A stretch of DNA of 64,000 nucleotides from an uncultured virus (IMG/VR IMGVR_UViG_3300024518_002726) (IMGVR_UViG_3300024518_002726); one strand, 5' to 3'. Counted from the stretch's first letter, positions 1-7,324 are shown. The notes: a model not told the origin generated them from the letters alone. Translations and numbers: made by a program.

Positions 1-60
1 CAACAACAACAGGAATACAAGGCCAATACATACAAATGGCCCTATTGAGAAGGTAGATAT

Positions 61-146
61 GCACCTAAAATGGTGTGGTCTAACTCAGGTCTCAGACTGT
101 GGGTTGGCCTCCATAGTTCCTAGTTCGACTCTGGGATAGGTGCCCA
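61..146 (+). ncRNA. Atypical tRNA-like element (acceptor stem plus T-arm, no canonical D or anticodon arm)
   Basis: GCACCTA (61-67) pairs with TAGGTGC (137-143), followed by CCA. T-arm is TCCTAG-TTCGACT-CTGGGA. Hairpin CTGTGGG/TCCATAG sits in the variable-arm position. Confidence 0.55.
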
Positions 147-155
147 ACGATGTTG

Positions 156-248
156 TCTCAGGAGGGTGAAGGCAGCTTGGGATTAGATGTTCATAGACTC
201 ACAATAAGAGGGTGTGAGCACCAATCCCGAGTTGACCTTCATTTGGGA
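156..248 (+). ncRNA. Long imperfect hairpin, candidate structured RNA
   Basis: GTGAAGG-CAGCTTGGGATT pairs with AATCCCGAGTTG-A-CCTTCAT. Inner stem is TGTTCATA/TGTGAGCA. Confidence 0.4.
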
Positions 249-330
249 TGTTACAATCTATCTCAAGCACCAAACATACCACGAAGTTTACAAAGAGTTT
301 AGTTGAGACGTTGAGGTGGACCGTAAAGAC

Positions 331-371
331 GAGAAGAGGAGGGAGACATTAAGCCTTCCTCCTCTTTTTTC
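331..371 (+). terminator. Rho-independent terminator
   Basis: GAGAAGAGGAGGGAGAC-ATTAA-GCCTTCCTCCTCTTTTTT. Confidence 0.75.
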
Positions 372-555
372 TTATAGCTATCCCCTCTCGCTCTCGTGTC
401 GCTCCAGTCAATTACTCGACCGAGTACGCACCAGCTTGAGATTGGTTCACGAAAAAGGGTGTGAAGTTTTAGCTAAACACTCGAACCTTTTGATCTTTAA
501 CGACTTACACACTGTCCCTTTATTGGGATGGTCACTCAAACCTGAGACAGCCATC

Positions 556-1062
556 ATGAACCACGATCCACGAAACTTCATCCCTGATCACATACAGATG
601 TGTGACCCAGATCCCACAGAACTGTCAGGGATACAATTCTTCAATCTGGGACCTAATGTGCTCATCCACGGTGCAATCAGGTGGACATATTCAGACTCTG
701 ACGAAGCAAAGTGGCAGATCTGGAATCACAGGATACAAGAGTATCTGTTTCTACGCCCAGAGATAGATGCAGAGCAAGAAGTCATTGATAAGCTCAACTT
801 GGCTTACAAGGAGTACATCAAGAGTCCAGCACAGAAGGTGATTGACAACATGAGTGAGGAGTTTCTTCTCTCTGTTTGGAATGCACTTGGTGTTGGCTTC
901 TATGGTGGTCATCCCGGTCCACACGGATGTAAGACTATGGATGATTGGGCGGAACTTATCTATGCTGAAATCGGATACCGTAAGAGCATAGGTCTTATCA
1001 AAGGCGTGATTGGTACACCAATCGGTCTCTGGCACATTCCAAGAAAGAAAGAGGAAAACTAA
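556..1062 (+). CDS. Hypothetical phage protein (start moved from GTG 316 to ATG 556)
   Basis: The upstream extension would cross the terminator at 331-371. The stop overlaps the next start (TAATG). Confidence 0.7.
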   Translation: MNHDPRNFIPDHIQMCDPDPTELSGIQFFNLGPNVLIHGAIRWTYSDSDEAKWQIWNHRIQEYLFLRPEIDAEQEVIDKLNLAYKEYIKSPAQKVIDNMSEEFLLSVWNALGVGFYGGHPGPHGCKTMDDWAELIYAEIGYRKSIGLIKGVIGTPIGLWHIPRKKEEN

Positions 1063-1313
1063 TGGGAGTAGCAACAAGAGTATCTACGTCATCAGATGAT
1101 GTAGAAGTAACCGTTCAGACAAGAGGGAGATCACACAAAGATTTCACCCTTGAAGTCAGAGGCGATTCAGGTTACTTCATCGTGAATGATACAGAATCAA
1201 CAGCTATTGTTGGTTTCACCTTTAACCAAATACGTAATCTCAGAGATGCAGTAGAAACTGCAATAACTGCTCACAATCGAATGAAACAAGATGAAATGAG
1301 AGGTAACAAATGA
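1062..1313 (+). CDS. Hypothetical protein
   Basis: Translationally coupled ORF chain (TAATG, ATGA). Confidence 0.7.
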   Translation: MGVATRVSTSSDDVEVTVQTRGRSHKDFTLEVRGDSGYFIVNDTESTAIVGFTFNQIRNLRDAVETAITAHNRMKQDEMRGNK

Positions 1314-1837
1314 TTGAGGAACCGTTGCGACCGCCACAGACGATGGAGTGTTTGACTTTTCTCGACATTGTAAGAGGAAAAGGAATGATACAGCCAATGA
1401 GTCGTGAACTCATGGGGTATTTCGCACAGCTCGTATTTGCAGACTTGGAAGAGAAAGAGTTTGCAGAGATTGAGGAGATCAAAGCACATGTTCCTATAGC
1501 TGCAATTGCAGCAGGTAGACTGGAAGCATTCAGTCCAGATACTCAATTCAACAGTGGTTCGTTACTGCTGATTGGACTCCTCACTCAGAGTCCGGGTGGA
1601 GCCGTGATGTGGGCATGGACATTCCATAAGCTCTTTGAGATGAAGAAGGAGAAGATCACAGTGTCTCTCCTAGCTGATTTCTTTCCTGAAGGTTTTCCTA
1701 CAGAGAAAGGAAGCCACAAGGTGTGGGAAAGTCAGAAGATAGGGGGTTCAAACCTTCTTGATGTGGAAGAGACGTGGACGAAAAGACCACAGGCTGGAGT
1801 TGAGGCTTTCAGGAAGAAATACGGAGAGGATGGATGA
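1310..1837 (+). CDS. Hypothetical protein
   Basis: ATGA overlaps at both ends. Confidence 0.75.
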   Translation: MIEEPLRPPQTMECLTFLDIVRGKGMIQPMSRELMGYFAQLVFADLEEKEFAEIEEIKAHVPIAAIAAGRLEAFSPDTQFNSGSLLLIGLLTQSPGGAVMWAWTFHKLFEMKKEKITVSLLADFFPEGFPTEKGSHKVWESQKIGGSNLLDVEETWTKRPQAGVEAFRKKYGEDG

Positions 1838-2097
1838 GTGTATTACCCGGAAAGAAGCTTTACTTCATCTTTCGTAGTGAACTCACAGGAGGAGAAGCTG
1901 ATTGGGGAGATGGAGATTTCATCTCACTAGCTCTTCTTGATGAACACGAGTTATCAGTATTGAAGAACAACTTTGAGAAGATCAAGAAGGAGAACACAAC
2001 AAAGAAGGGAATCCATATGGTGACTTTCACTGTTCGTGAAGCTACGATCAATGACTTCGATCAGATGTACGCTTACTGTAAACTTCAAGAGGTATAG
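1834..2097 (+). CDS. Hypothetical protein
   Basis: ATGA overlap with the upstream gene. Confidence 0.7.
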   Translation: MSVLPGKKLYFIFRSELTGGEADWGDGDFISLALLDEHELSVLKNNFEKIKKENTTKKGIHMVTFTVREATINDFDQMYAYCKLQEV

Positions 2098-2100
2098 CCT

Positions 2101-2310
2101 ATGGCATACATGTTCGTAACGGGATACTGTTACGGATGTAAGAATATCTTCAGCTTCAACGCTGATTTTGTTCCAAGCATCAGGATCGAAGGGGAGAAGG
2201 AGCCAATCTGTGAAGAATGCATGAAACGTACAAACGTAGTCAGAGTGGAAAAAGGTCTTTCTCCACATCCCATTCACCCACAAGCATATGAGCCACAAAA
2301 GGTGGCTTAA
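2101..2310 (+). CDS. Small zinc-finger-like protein
   Basis: Two CxxC pairs, CYGC and CEEC. Confidence 0.7.
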   Translation: MAYMFVTGYCYGCKNIFSFNADFVPSIRIEGEKEPICEECMKRTNVVRVEKGLSPHPIHPQAYEPQKVA

Positions 2311-2338
2311 AAACGTTGCGAGATTCGTTAAGTTTTCC

Positions 2339-2367
2339 TTGACGGACTCGTATACATTTCTTACATT
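2339..2367 (+). promoter_or_regulatory. Housekeeping-sigma promoter upstream of the ncRNA cluster
   Basis: TTGACG-N17-TACATT, the same architecture as three other promoters in the window. Confidence 0.65.
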
Positions 2368-2368
2368 T

Positions 2369-2450
2369 CTCTTCCCCGTGTCACGGCTTACAATTAACTG
2401 AACCTGATTGTGGTTGCGTGTCCTGCAACTCGCTGTGATGCGGGGGAGAG
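2369..2450 (+). ncRNA. Small structured RNA: 19-bp closing stem with two inner hairpins
   Basis: CTCTTCCCCGTGTCACGGC/GCTGTGATGCGGGGGAGAG closes TTACAATTA/TGATTGTGG and GTTGC/GCAAC. Confidence 0.5.
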
Positions 2451-2460
2451 TTCTTTGAAT
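2449..2460 (+). promoter_or_regulatory. rrn-type boxA antitermination-like element
   Basis: AGTTCTTTGAAT directly ahead of a structured non-coding stretch. Confidence 0.45.
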
Positions 2461-2920
2461 TGATGATAATCTTGAGGTTGACTTAGTTCTTCCTTGAGTG
2501 TAGATATTCCAGAACAGGAAGGGTGGTGCCCTGAAATGTTCGTTCAGTGTGCAATCGCACCAGATGGCGCTGAATAGATGGGTAGTGTCCGTATAGGACA
2601 TTATCTTCATCGAAGGGCGTAGGTCCGTACTTAGACTTCTAAGGGAGTCTTCGCAGTATATCTCATCGAAGGGTGGGATGAGCCTACGAATGGCTTACCA
2701 AAAATGTATGGATATGGTAAGTTAAGTTTTTAGAGTAGCATCTCATCGCGTCATGCTTGAAGGCTAACGAAGCGGTGAGATATGCAGTTAGTCAACAAAT
2801 ATAAGAGGTGACACCATGCGGGGGACCTTAAAGCCCCCTTCTTGAAAGAGAAAGCATGATCTTGATGCGTAAGGTGAAATTGAGATGTTCCTTGGTCTAT
2901 GGAGAATAGTGAATAGACCT
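2461..2920 (+). ncRNA. Candidate structured ncRNA(s), family unknown
   Basis: No plus-strand ORF. Back-to-back helices such as GGGTAGTGTCC/GGACATTATCT, CGTAGGT/GCCTACG, GCTTACCA/TGGTAAGT, ATCTCATCGC/GCGGTGAGAT and GGTCTAT/ATAGACC. Confidence 0.5.
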
Positions 2921-2922
2921 GT

Positions 2923-3036
2923 AAGCCATGAAGTTAGAATAGTCGCAGTATGCTAGAGCGTCTTGGTGGTTATCGGTCGGTAACTATGTGTTGCGCAGCC
3001 GACAGTTCACGGGTTCGAATCCCGTCATGGCTTCAA
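2923..3036 (+). ncRNA. Oversized tRNA-like element (8-bp acceptor, 5-bp T-arm, non-canonical middle)
   Basis: AAGCCATG (2923-2930) pairs with CATGGCTT (3026-3033). Canonical T-arm ACGGG-TTCGAAT-CCCGT. The ~78-nt middle has no recognisable anticodon arm. Confidence 0.6.
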
Positions 3037-3139
3037 TGGTTGGGTATCACCGTAATTATAGCAGAATCTCCATAGTCAAAGCAGAATGCGGTTGCGACAA
3101 TAAGGAGAACCTGACCATTTATTCTTTAATAAACACAAT

Positions 3140-3550
3140 ATGAGAATAATGGAAGAACAAACAATTGAACTAACTGCAACAAGGGTAGATGAGATTCTCA
3201 TGGATTGTCTATCCAAAGAAGATGAGCTTAATGAGGATCTTGTTATAGTAGAGGGTGTCGTAAACAATTTTAGTTTCCATTCTGAGCGTCTCCAAGAACA
3301 TAAGGATGAAATCATTGCTCTACTTAGTCAACTCCCAACACAGTTTCAACAAAGTGAAGGTGGTGGGTGGTCGTTTCTCAATGCTTGTATGACCAAGGAT
3401 GGTACTCAATGGGGTGAACACAGAAATATGGAACACTTGTTTGTTCTTGGTTTAGGTATTGGTAAAGTAAGGTGGCAAATGCCTAAAGAGATGTGGAGTA
3501 TACTTCCCGGTGGGATGCCTTACGTTGTAGTATTAGATAAGTTGGGCTGA
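3140..3550 (+). CDS. Hypothetical phage protein
   Basis: 136-aa ORF with an A-rich start context and motif GGGWSFLNAC...QWGEH. Confidence 0.8.
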   Translation: MRIMEEQTIELTATRVDEILMDCLSKEDELNEDLVIVEGVVNNFSFHSERLQEHKDEIIALLSQLPTQFQQSEGGGWSFLNACMTKDGTQWGEHRNMEHLFVLGLGIGKVRWQMPKEMWSILPGGMPYVVVLDKLG

Positions 3551-3555
3551 GATCA

Positions 3556-3790
3556 TGGTGATTAGTGTTAACCAAGCTGATCCAAACAGGCTGTGGTCTC
3601 CGTTGACCTCCTCTATCTGAGAGTCTGATCAGATGGATGCGTAACGGGGTTGCCAATTATTGCAAGTGGTTGGCCTCTGTGTACATAACAAGACAGTACA
3701 CCAGATGGGAAGGACATCAGAATTATACTCTCTTCTTGTTTCAGACAAGGGTGATGGACCCTGAGTATCCGGCGAGAAGAGAACTTGCTA
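3556..3790 (+). ncRNA. Candidate structured ncRNA
   Basis: Consecutive helices CTCCGTT/AACGGGG, TCTATCTGA/TCAGATGGA, GCCAATTAT/GTGGTTGGC, TGTAC/GTACA and ATACTC/GAGTAT. Confidence 0.45.
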
Positions 3791-3796
3791 CACATT

Positions 3797-3808
3797 TGTT
3801 CTTTGAAA
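3797..3808 (+). promoter_or_regulatory. rrn-type boxA antitermination element
   Basis: TGTTCTTTGAAA immediately before the large structured RNA. Confidence 0.55.
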
Positions 3809-3809
3809 G

Positions 3810-4740
3810 ATTGTTTAGATATTACATCACTGTTAAAGGGGTGGTTAGAAGAAGTTTGGCTTGTCCATTCTAGAGATCTAACCCAATTGAACTGGAGACA
3901 GTGGATGGATCGGCGGCCTTCCCGTCGTTAGATAAACCGGGCAACCGGGATAAAGCAGAAGAGAGGTGAAATACTCGACTGCCGCCCTATGAAAACCAAC
4001 CTTGGGAAGTAATAGGACGTGAGTGAAAGGAGTTCTGTTATCGTAGAGTCGTACTAGCTAGGGCCTCACTGGTGTTAACTAAGTGACTGTACGATCTGTC
4101 CTATGCGGGGGCAGATTGAGAGGCGAAAGTCTCAATAAGAAGCGGAAGGGTTTCTGGTGTGATCAACTAGGGGGTTGTTAATGCTGGATTCACAAAGCAA
4201 TGATTCATCGTTACATCTGAAAAGGATGGGTGATAGGTACTTCGGTGCCGTAAAGTTGTAGAGAGTTAGTATCCCCCCAAGAGAAAGCAGGGAGGTGTTC
4301 GGTACGCTGTACCCAAAAGGTATGAAGCCGACTCTTCAGCACATCTGCCAACCCGCTAGTTTCGCTATAACGTGGGCTACGTCCGTAAATGTAGCACCAG
4401 ACCTGTAATCTGGATATTCATTAAGGATGAATAACATAACAAGCGAAAGACTGAAGGACTGTGCGCTAAAAGCCTACTTATCCATCTGAGATATGGTGGC
4501 TTCTAATGGTCGCAAGCCAGAGGAAGAAGGAAAGCTAGTAGTATCTCGTGGTGAGAGCGGTGGCTCTCTTTGTATCGACAGATGACATGGTACGAACGTA
4601 AGTAATTATCAGGCGTATGGTAAGGTCCTGTTGAAGCTCAGTAAAAGCTGTAGGTGATCTGATACTTCTAGTAATAGAAGTGTACATAGAGATGGTAACG
4701 TCTCTTAAAGTCAGATCAGGGTTTAAGTTAGTATCGCTTA
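3810..4740 (+). ncRNA. Giant structured ncRNA, GOLLD-like candidate
   Basis: About 930 nt with no credible ORF. Long-range helices GCGGG-GGCAGAT/ATCTGCC-AA-CCCGC (4105/4356) and AAGCGA/TCGCTT (4441/4739). GNRA loops at 3941, 4671 and 4695 and cUUCGg at 4241. The family assignment is from recalled resemblance only. Confidence 0.6.
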
Positions 4741-4766
4741 TTCCTACTTTTCTTGAAATTCCGAGT

Positions 4767-4867
4767 TGCCTCCCTTTATACAAGTGAGAGAGTAGTCTTC
4801 TGTGTCACGTCAGGTACATAACAGACCCTCTCTTGCGGACTAGGCTTGTGTAGGGGGAGGCATTTTT
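4767..4867 (+). ncRNA. 19-bp closing-stem RNA element ending in a U-tract (small RNA or terminator/switch)
   Basis: TGCCTCCCTTTATACAAGT/GCTTGTGTAGGGGGAGGCA followed by TTTTT. Confidence 0.5.
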
Positions 4868-4884
4868 AATTAAGAGGGTCCGTA

Positions 4885-5124
4885 ATGGAAACAATAGAAC
4901 AAGAAATGGAACTAAACGTAAGGATCAGAGGGAGTACCCGGAGAGTCGTTGTTGATGCTCTTGGACAGGTGTTTGAGATGGTGAAAGGTGGAGTAGATAT
5001 AACAACGATACAGAATGAGGAAAAGAAGTATGAAAGTACAGTGGAGTTGATACCCGTGGAGTTGTTAGAAGAGCTTGAGACTGATGGGTTTCCCTTTCCT
5101 GTACAGGAAGGAACATTTGGATAA
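4885..5124 (+). CDS. Hypothetical protein
   Basis: ORF on the coding strand directly after the ncRNA block. Confidence 0.65.
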   Translation: METIEQEMELNVRIRGSTRRVVVDALGQVFEMVKGGVDITTIQNEEKKYESTVELIPVELLEELETDGFPFPVQEGTFG

Positions 5125-5132
5125 ATAGAATT

Positions 5133-5453
5133 GTGATGAGTTTAGAACATGAGGTTATTATGAGTTTGACAGAAGCAGCAAAGACAATGAAAGAAGGACG
5201 ACAAGATTCAGCACTGGAGAAAATTCTAAATGGACAGAAGAGTATACTTTCTGATGTAAGTAGAGTTGAGGATAGGTTAGGTAGAATACTCTCAAATGCT
5301 TTTGGTCCTGAGCCTGAGGAAGAGTCACTGGATGCTGAAAAAATAGAGGAACCAGTGGGAAAACTTGCAGAGCTACATCGTATTGGTATTTCCATAGAGG
5401 GAATATTGGACAGGATAGAAGCAAAGTTAACTAAAATAGAGACTATTGTATGA
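5133..5453 (+). CDS. Hypothetical coiled-coil protein
   Basis: ATGA overlap with the next gene. Confidence 0.7.
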   Translation: MMSLEHEVIMSLTEAAKTMKEGRQDSALEKILNGQKSILSDVSRVEDRLGRILSNAFGPEPEEESLDAEKIEEPVGKLAELHRIGISIEGILDRIEAKLTKIETIV

Positions 5454-6046
5454 CAAGAGAAGAGTACATACCTCTAGCTTTGAGAACTCTAGCTTCAAGT
5501 GAAGCAATTATAACACCAGATCAGATGGAGTGGGACATAATCCACGCCGTTATTGGTATCAACACTGAGATTGGAGAGTTGAGTGGTGCTGTAATACAAG
5601 ATGATATGCGTAATGTACGTGAGGAAATAGGTGATATTTTCTGGTATTGTGCAGTTCTTGACTACACATCAGGAATCCCTATGAATGTGGAGATCATCAG
5701 AGAATCAGGGATAAAAGATATCAGGAGACACCTATCCATGTTTCGTGCAGAGCATCTTGCATGGACTGTAGGTCCTTTACATAGAAGAGCAACAGATCTT
5801 TTAGATGCAGTGAAAAAACGTCTCTTTTATGGTAGTCCGAGTTTTAAGTCTGATGAGTTTTATAATCTTGTAGTCCTTTTTACTGAGGAGTTGTCTGAAT
5901 TGTGCTCTATGTTTAATATAAATATTGGAGTTGTGAGGAAGAAGAATATACACAAGCTTAAGATAAGATATCCTCAGAAGTTTACATCATTAGATGCACT
6001 GAATAGAGATTTGGATGAAGAAAAGAAAGCATTAGGAGGAGACTAA
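5450..6046 (+). CDS. MazG-like NTP pyrophosphohydrolase family protein
   Basis: GINTEIGEL...EEIGDIFWY and a C-terminal NIHKLKIRYP motif. A second degenerate repeat (LLDAVKK.LFYG) is present. Confidence 0.8.
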   Translation: MTREEYIPLALRTLASSEAIITPDQMEWDIIHAVIGINTEIGELSGAVIQDDMRNVREEIGDIFWYCAVLDYTSGIPMNVEIIRESGIKDIRRHLSMFRAEHLAWTVGPLHRRATDLLDAVKKRLFYGSPSFKSDEFYNLVVLFTEELSELCSMFNINIGVVRKKNIHKLKIRYPQKFTSLDALNRDLDEEKKALGGD

Positions 6047-6237
6047 TGGGTATTATTATAGGTGTTCTTGGATTCATAGCAGTAATACAAGCAGGTACTC
6101 TGTTCTATCTGATTTTTAGGGACTATGGAGTTGAGAGATATCTGGAATCAACCAATCTTTACATTGAGAATATGTTCAATGAGGTATCAGAGTTTAGAGA
6201 TGAGTTTAAAAGATACACTAGAGGAGAATCAATATGA
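6046..6237 (+). CDS. Small membrane protein
   Basis: N-terminal hydrophobic helix; coupled by TAATG and ATGA. Confidence 0.65.
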   Translation: MGIIIGVLGFIAVIQAGTLFYLIFRDYGVERYLESTNLYIENMFNEVSEFRDEFKRYTRGESI

Positions 6238-6599
6238 GTAAGTTATTGGATGAACTCAAAACTGCAAAGATAATCCCACTACCAGAGGGTGAAGAAGAAG
6301 CAAGGAAGGAATTGACAAAGGAAACGAAGAGGACTTTGGTTGAGAGTTTCCTACTTCTTACAAAGCTCTATGAAAAAGAAGGAGAGATAGCTCATAAAGA
6401 AATCAGAAGACTTGAAGGAATCTGTGAATCCTCTAGGATGATAGCACAAGATATGATACAATTTGCTTATCCCCAGAGGATGGGTTGGGGTCAAAACAAA
6501 TCTATCCACAGGATCTATGGAGATCATCTTGAGAAGATCAGGGATAAACTAAGAACAGCAGAGAGTCATCACAATGAAACGTCAGATCAACGAACCTGA
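6234..6599 (+). CDS. Hypothetical protein
   Basis: Coupled ORF chain. Confidence 0.65.
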   Translation: MSKLLDELKTAKIIPLPEGEEEARKELTKETKRTLVESFLLLTKLYEKEGEIAHKEIRRLEGICESSRMIAQDMIQFAYPQRMGWGQNKSIHRIYGDHLEKIRDKLRTAESHHNETSDQRT

Positions 6600-6849
6600 G
6601 ATATTGAGGTGGGGTATTCTTGACATGCAAGTGTGTGTTCCTAAACACTGGGATGATAAGAGAGTAGAAGAGTTTGCATTAAGGAAAGCAGAGATTGAGT
6701 GTGGAGATATGGGTGCTCTAGTTCCTCATATAAGGACACAGAAGAGATGGGATGAAGATTGTCCTAATGAGTTACCTGATGAATAGAAGAAGGAAAGAGT
6801 ACAGTGTGTTGAAAGAAAAGCATTCAATCATATAGTCTTGGAGTTTTAA
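6574..6849 (+). pseudogene. Hypothetical protein interrupted by an in-frame TAG at 6784-6786 (pseudogene or readthrough)
   Basis: After the TAG the frame continues KKERVQCVERKAFNHIVLEF-TAA, ending directly at the next ATG (6850). Confidence 0.55.
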
Positions 6850-7317
6850 ATGAGAACCTTAAGTGAAGAAGAAAAACATGAAGTAAAGACTGGTATAGCC
6901 CTAGTGATGAGTCTTGCCAAGCTCCAAATATTAGATAATCCCAACGAAGTAGAAGTTGTTCATAAAGCCATATTTGATGTACTTAGTGAAAACAAAATAG
7001 CACCAGCAGTAGGAGTAATTCATCTTACTAGAATACTATTTGGTGCTCTAGGTATATGTGGTGCTGGATTCATAAAGGCTCAACTGAATGACGGTAAAGA
7101 TCCTGATCCTACCAAAGCTTTTCAGACTATGCAATGTATCTGGGAATATGCACAGTCACTAATTGATGATTACATTCAAAGAGAATTTGAACTCGGAGAG
7201 GGATCTCCAGTAATTTCTTTGGGTGGTAGTTGGGCAAATGCAGGAGATTCTAACATCTTAGAGGATATAAAGAAGATGGTGGACGAAGCTAATGAAAAGG
7301 GTAAATCTTCAAACTAA
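6850..7317 (+). CDS. Hypothetical protein
   Basis: 155-aa ORF in the chain. Confidence 0.7.
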   Translation: MRTLSEEEKHEVKTGIALVMSLAKLQILDNPNEVEVVHKAIFDVLSENKIAPAVGVIHLTRILFGALGICGAGFIKAQLNDGKDPDPTKAFQTMQCIWEYAQSLIDDYIQREFELGEGSPVISLGGSWANAGDSNILEDIKKMVDEANEKGKSSN

Positions 7318-7324
7318 TACTAAC

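Noticed and set aside
316..555. N-terminal extension of ORF 316-1062
   Set aside because: It runs through a strong terminator and low-complexity sequence; ATG 556 is more plausible.
1954..2610. 218-aa minus-strand ORF
   Set aside because: It is antisense to two coupled plus-strand genes, a promoter and structured RNA, and has no recognisable motifs.
2923..3036. tmRNA or tRNA-Sec call
   Set aside because: There is no GGGG start, G3-U70 pair or tag ORF, and no UCA anticodon arm.
3587..3650. HDV/theta-like ribozyme
   Set aside because: A P2-like helix and a CTCCTC segment are present, but P3 mismatches and no P1 partner follows. A simple nested hairpin fits better.
3613..4783. Short ORFs 3613-3795, 3637-3873 and 4535-4783
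   Set aside because: They have atypical composition, no coupling to neighbours, and overlap dense RNA helices.
146..4885. CRISPR mini-array in the non-coding region
   Set aside because: There are no regularly spaced direct repeats; only an 11-nt motif occurs twice.
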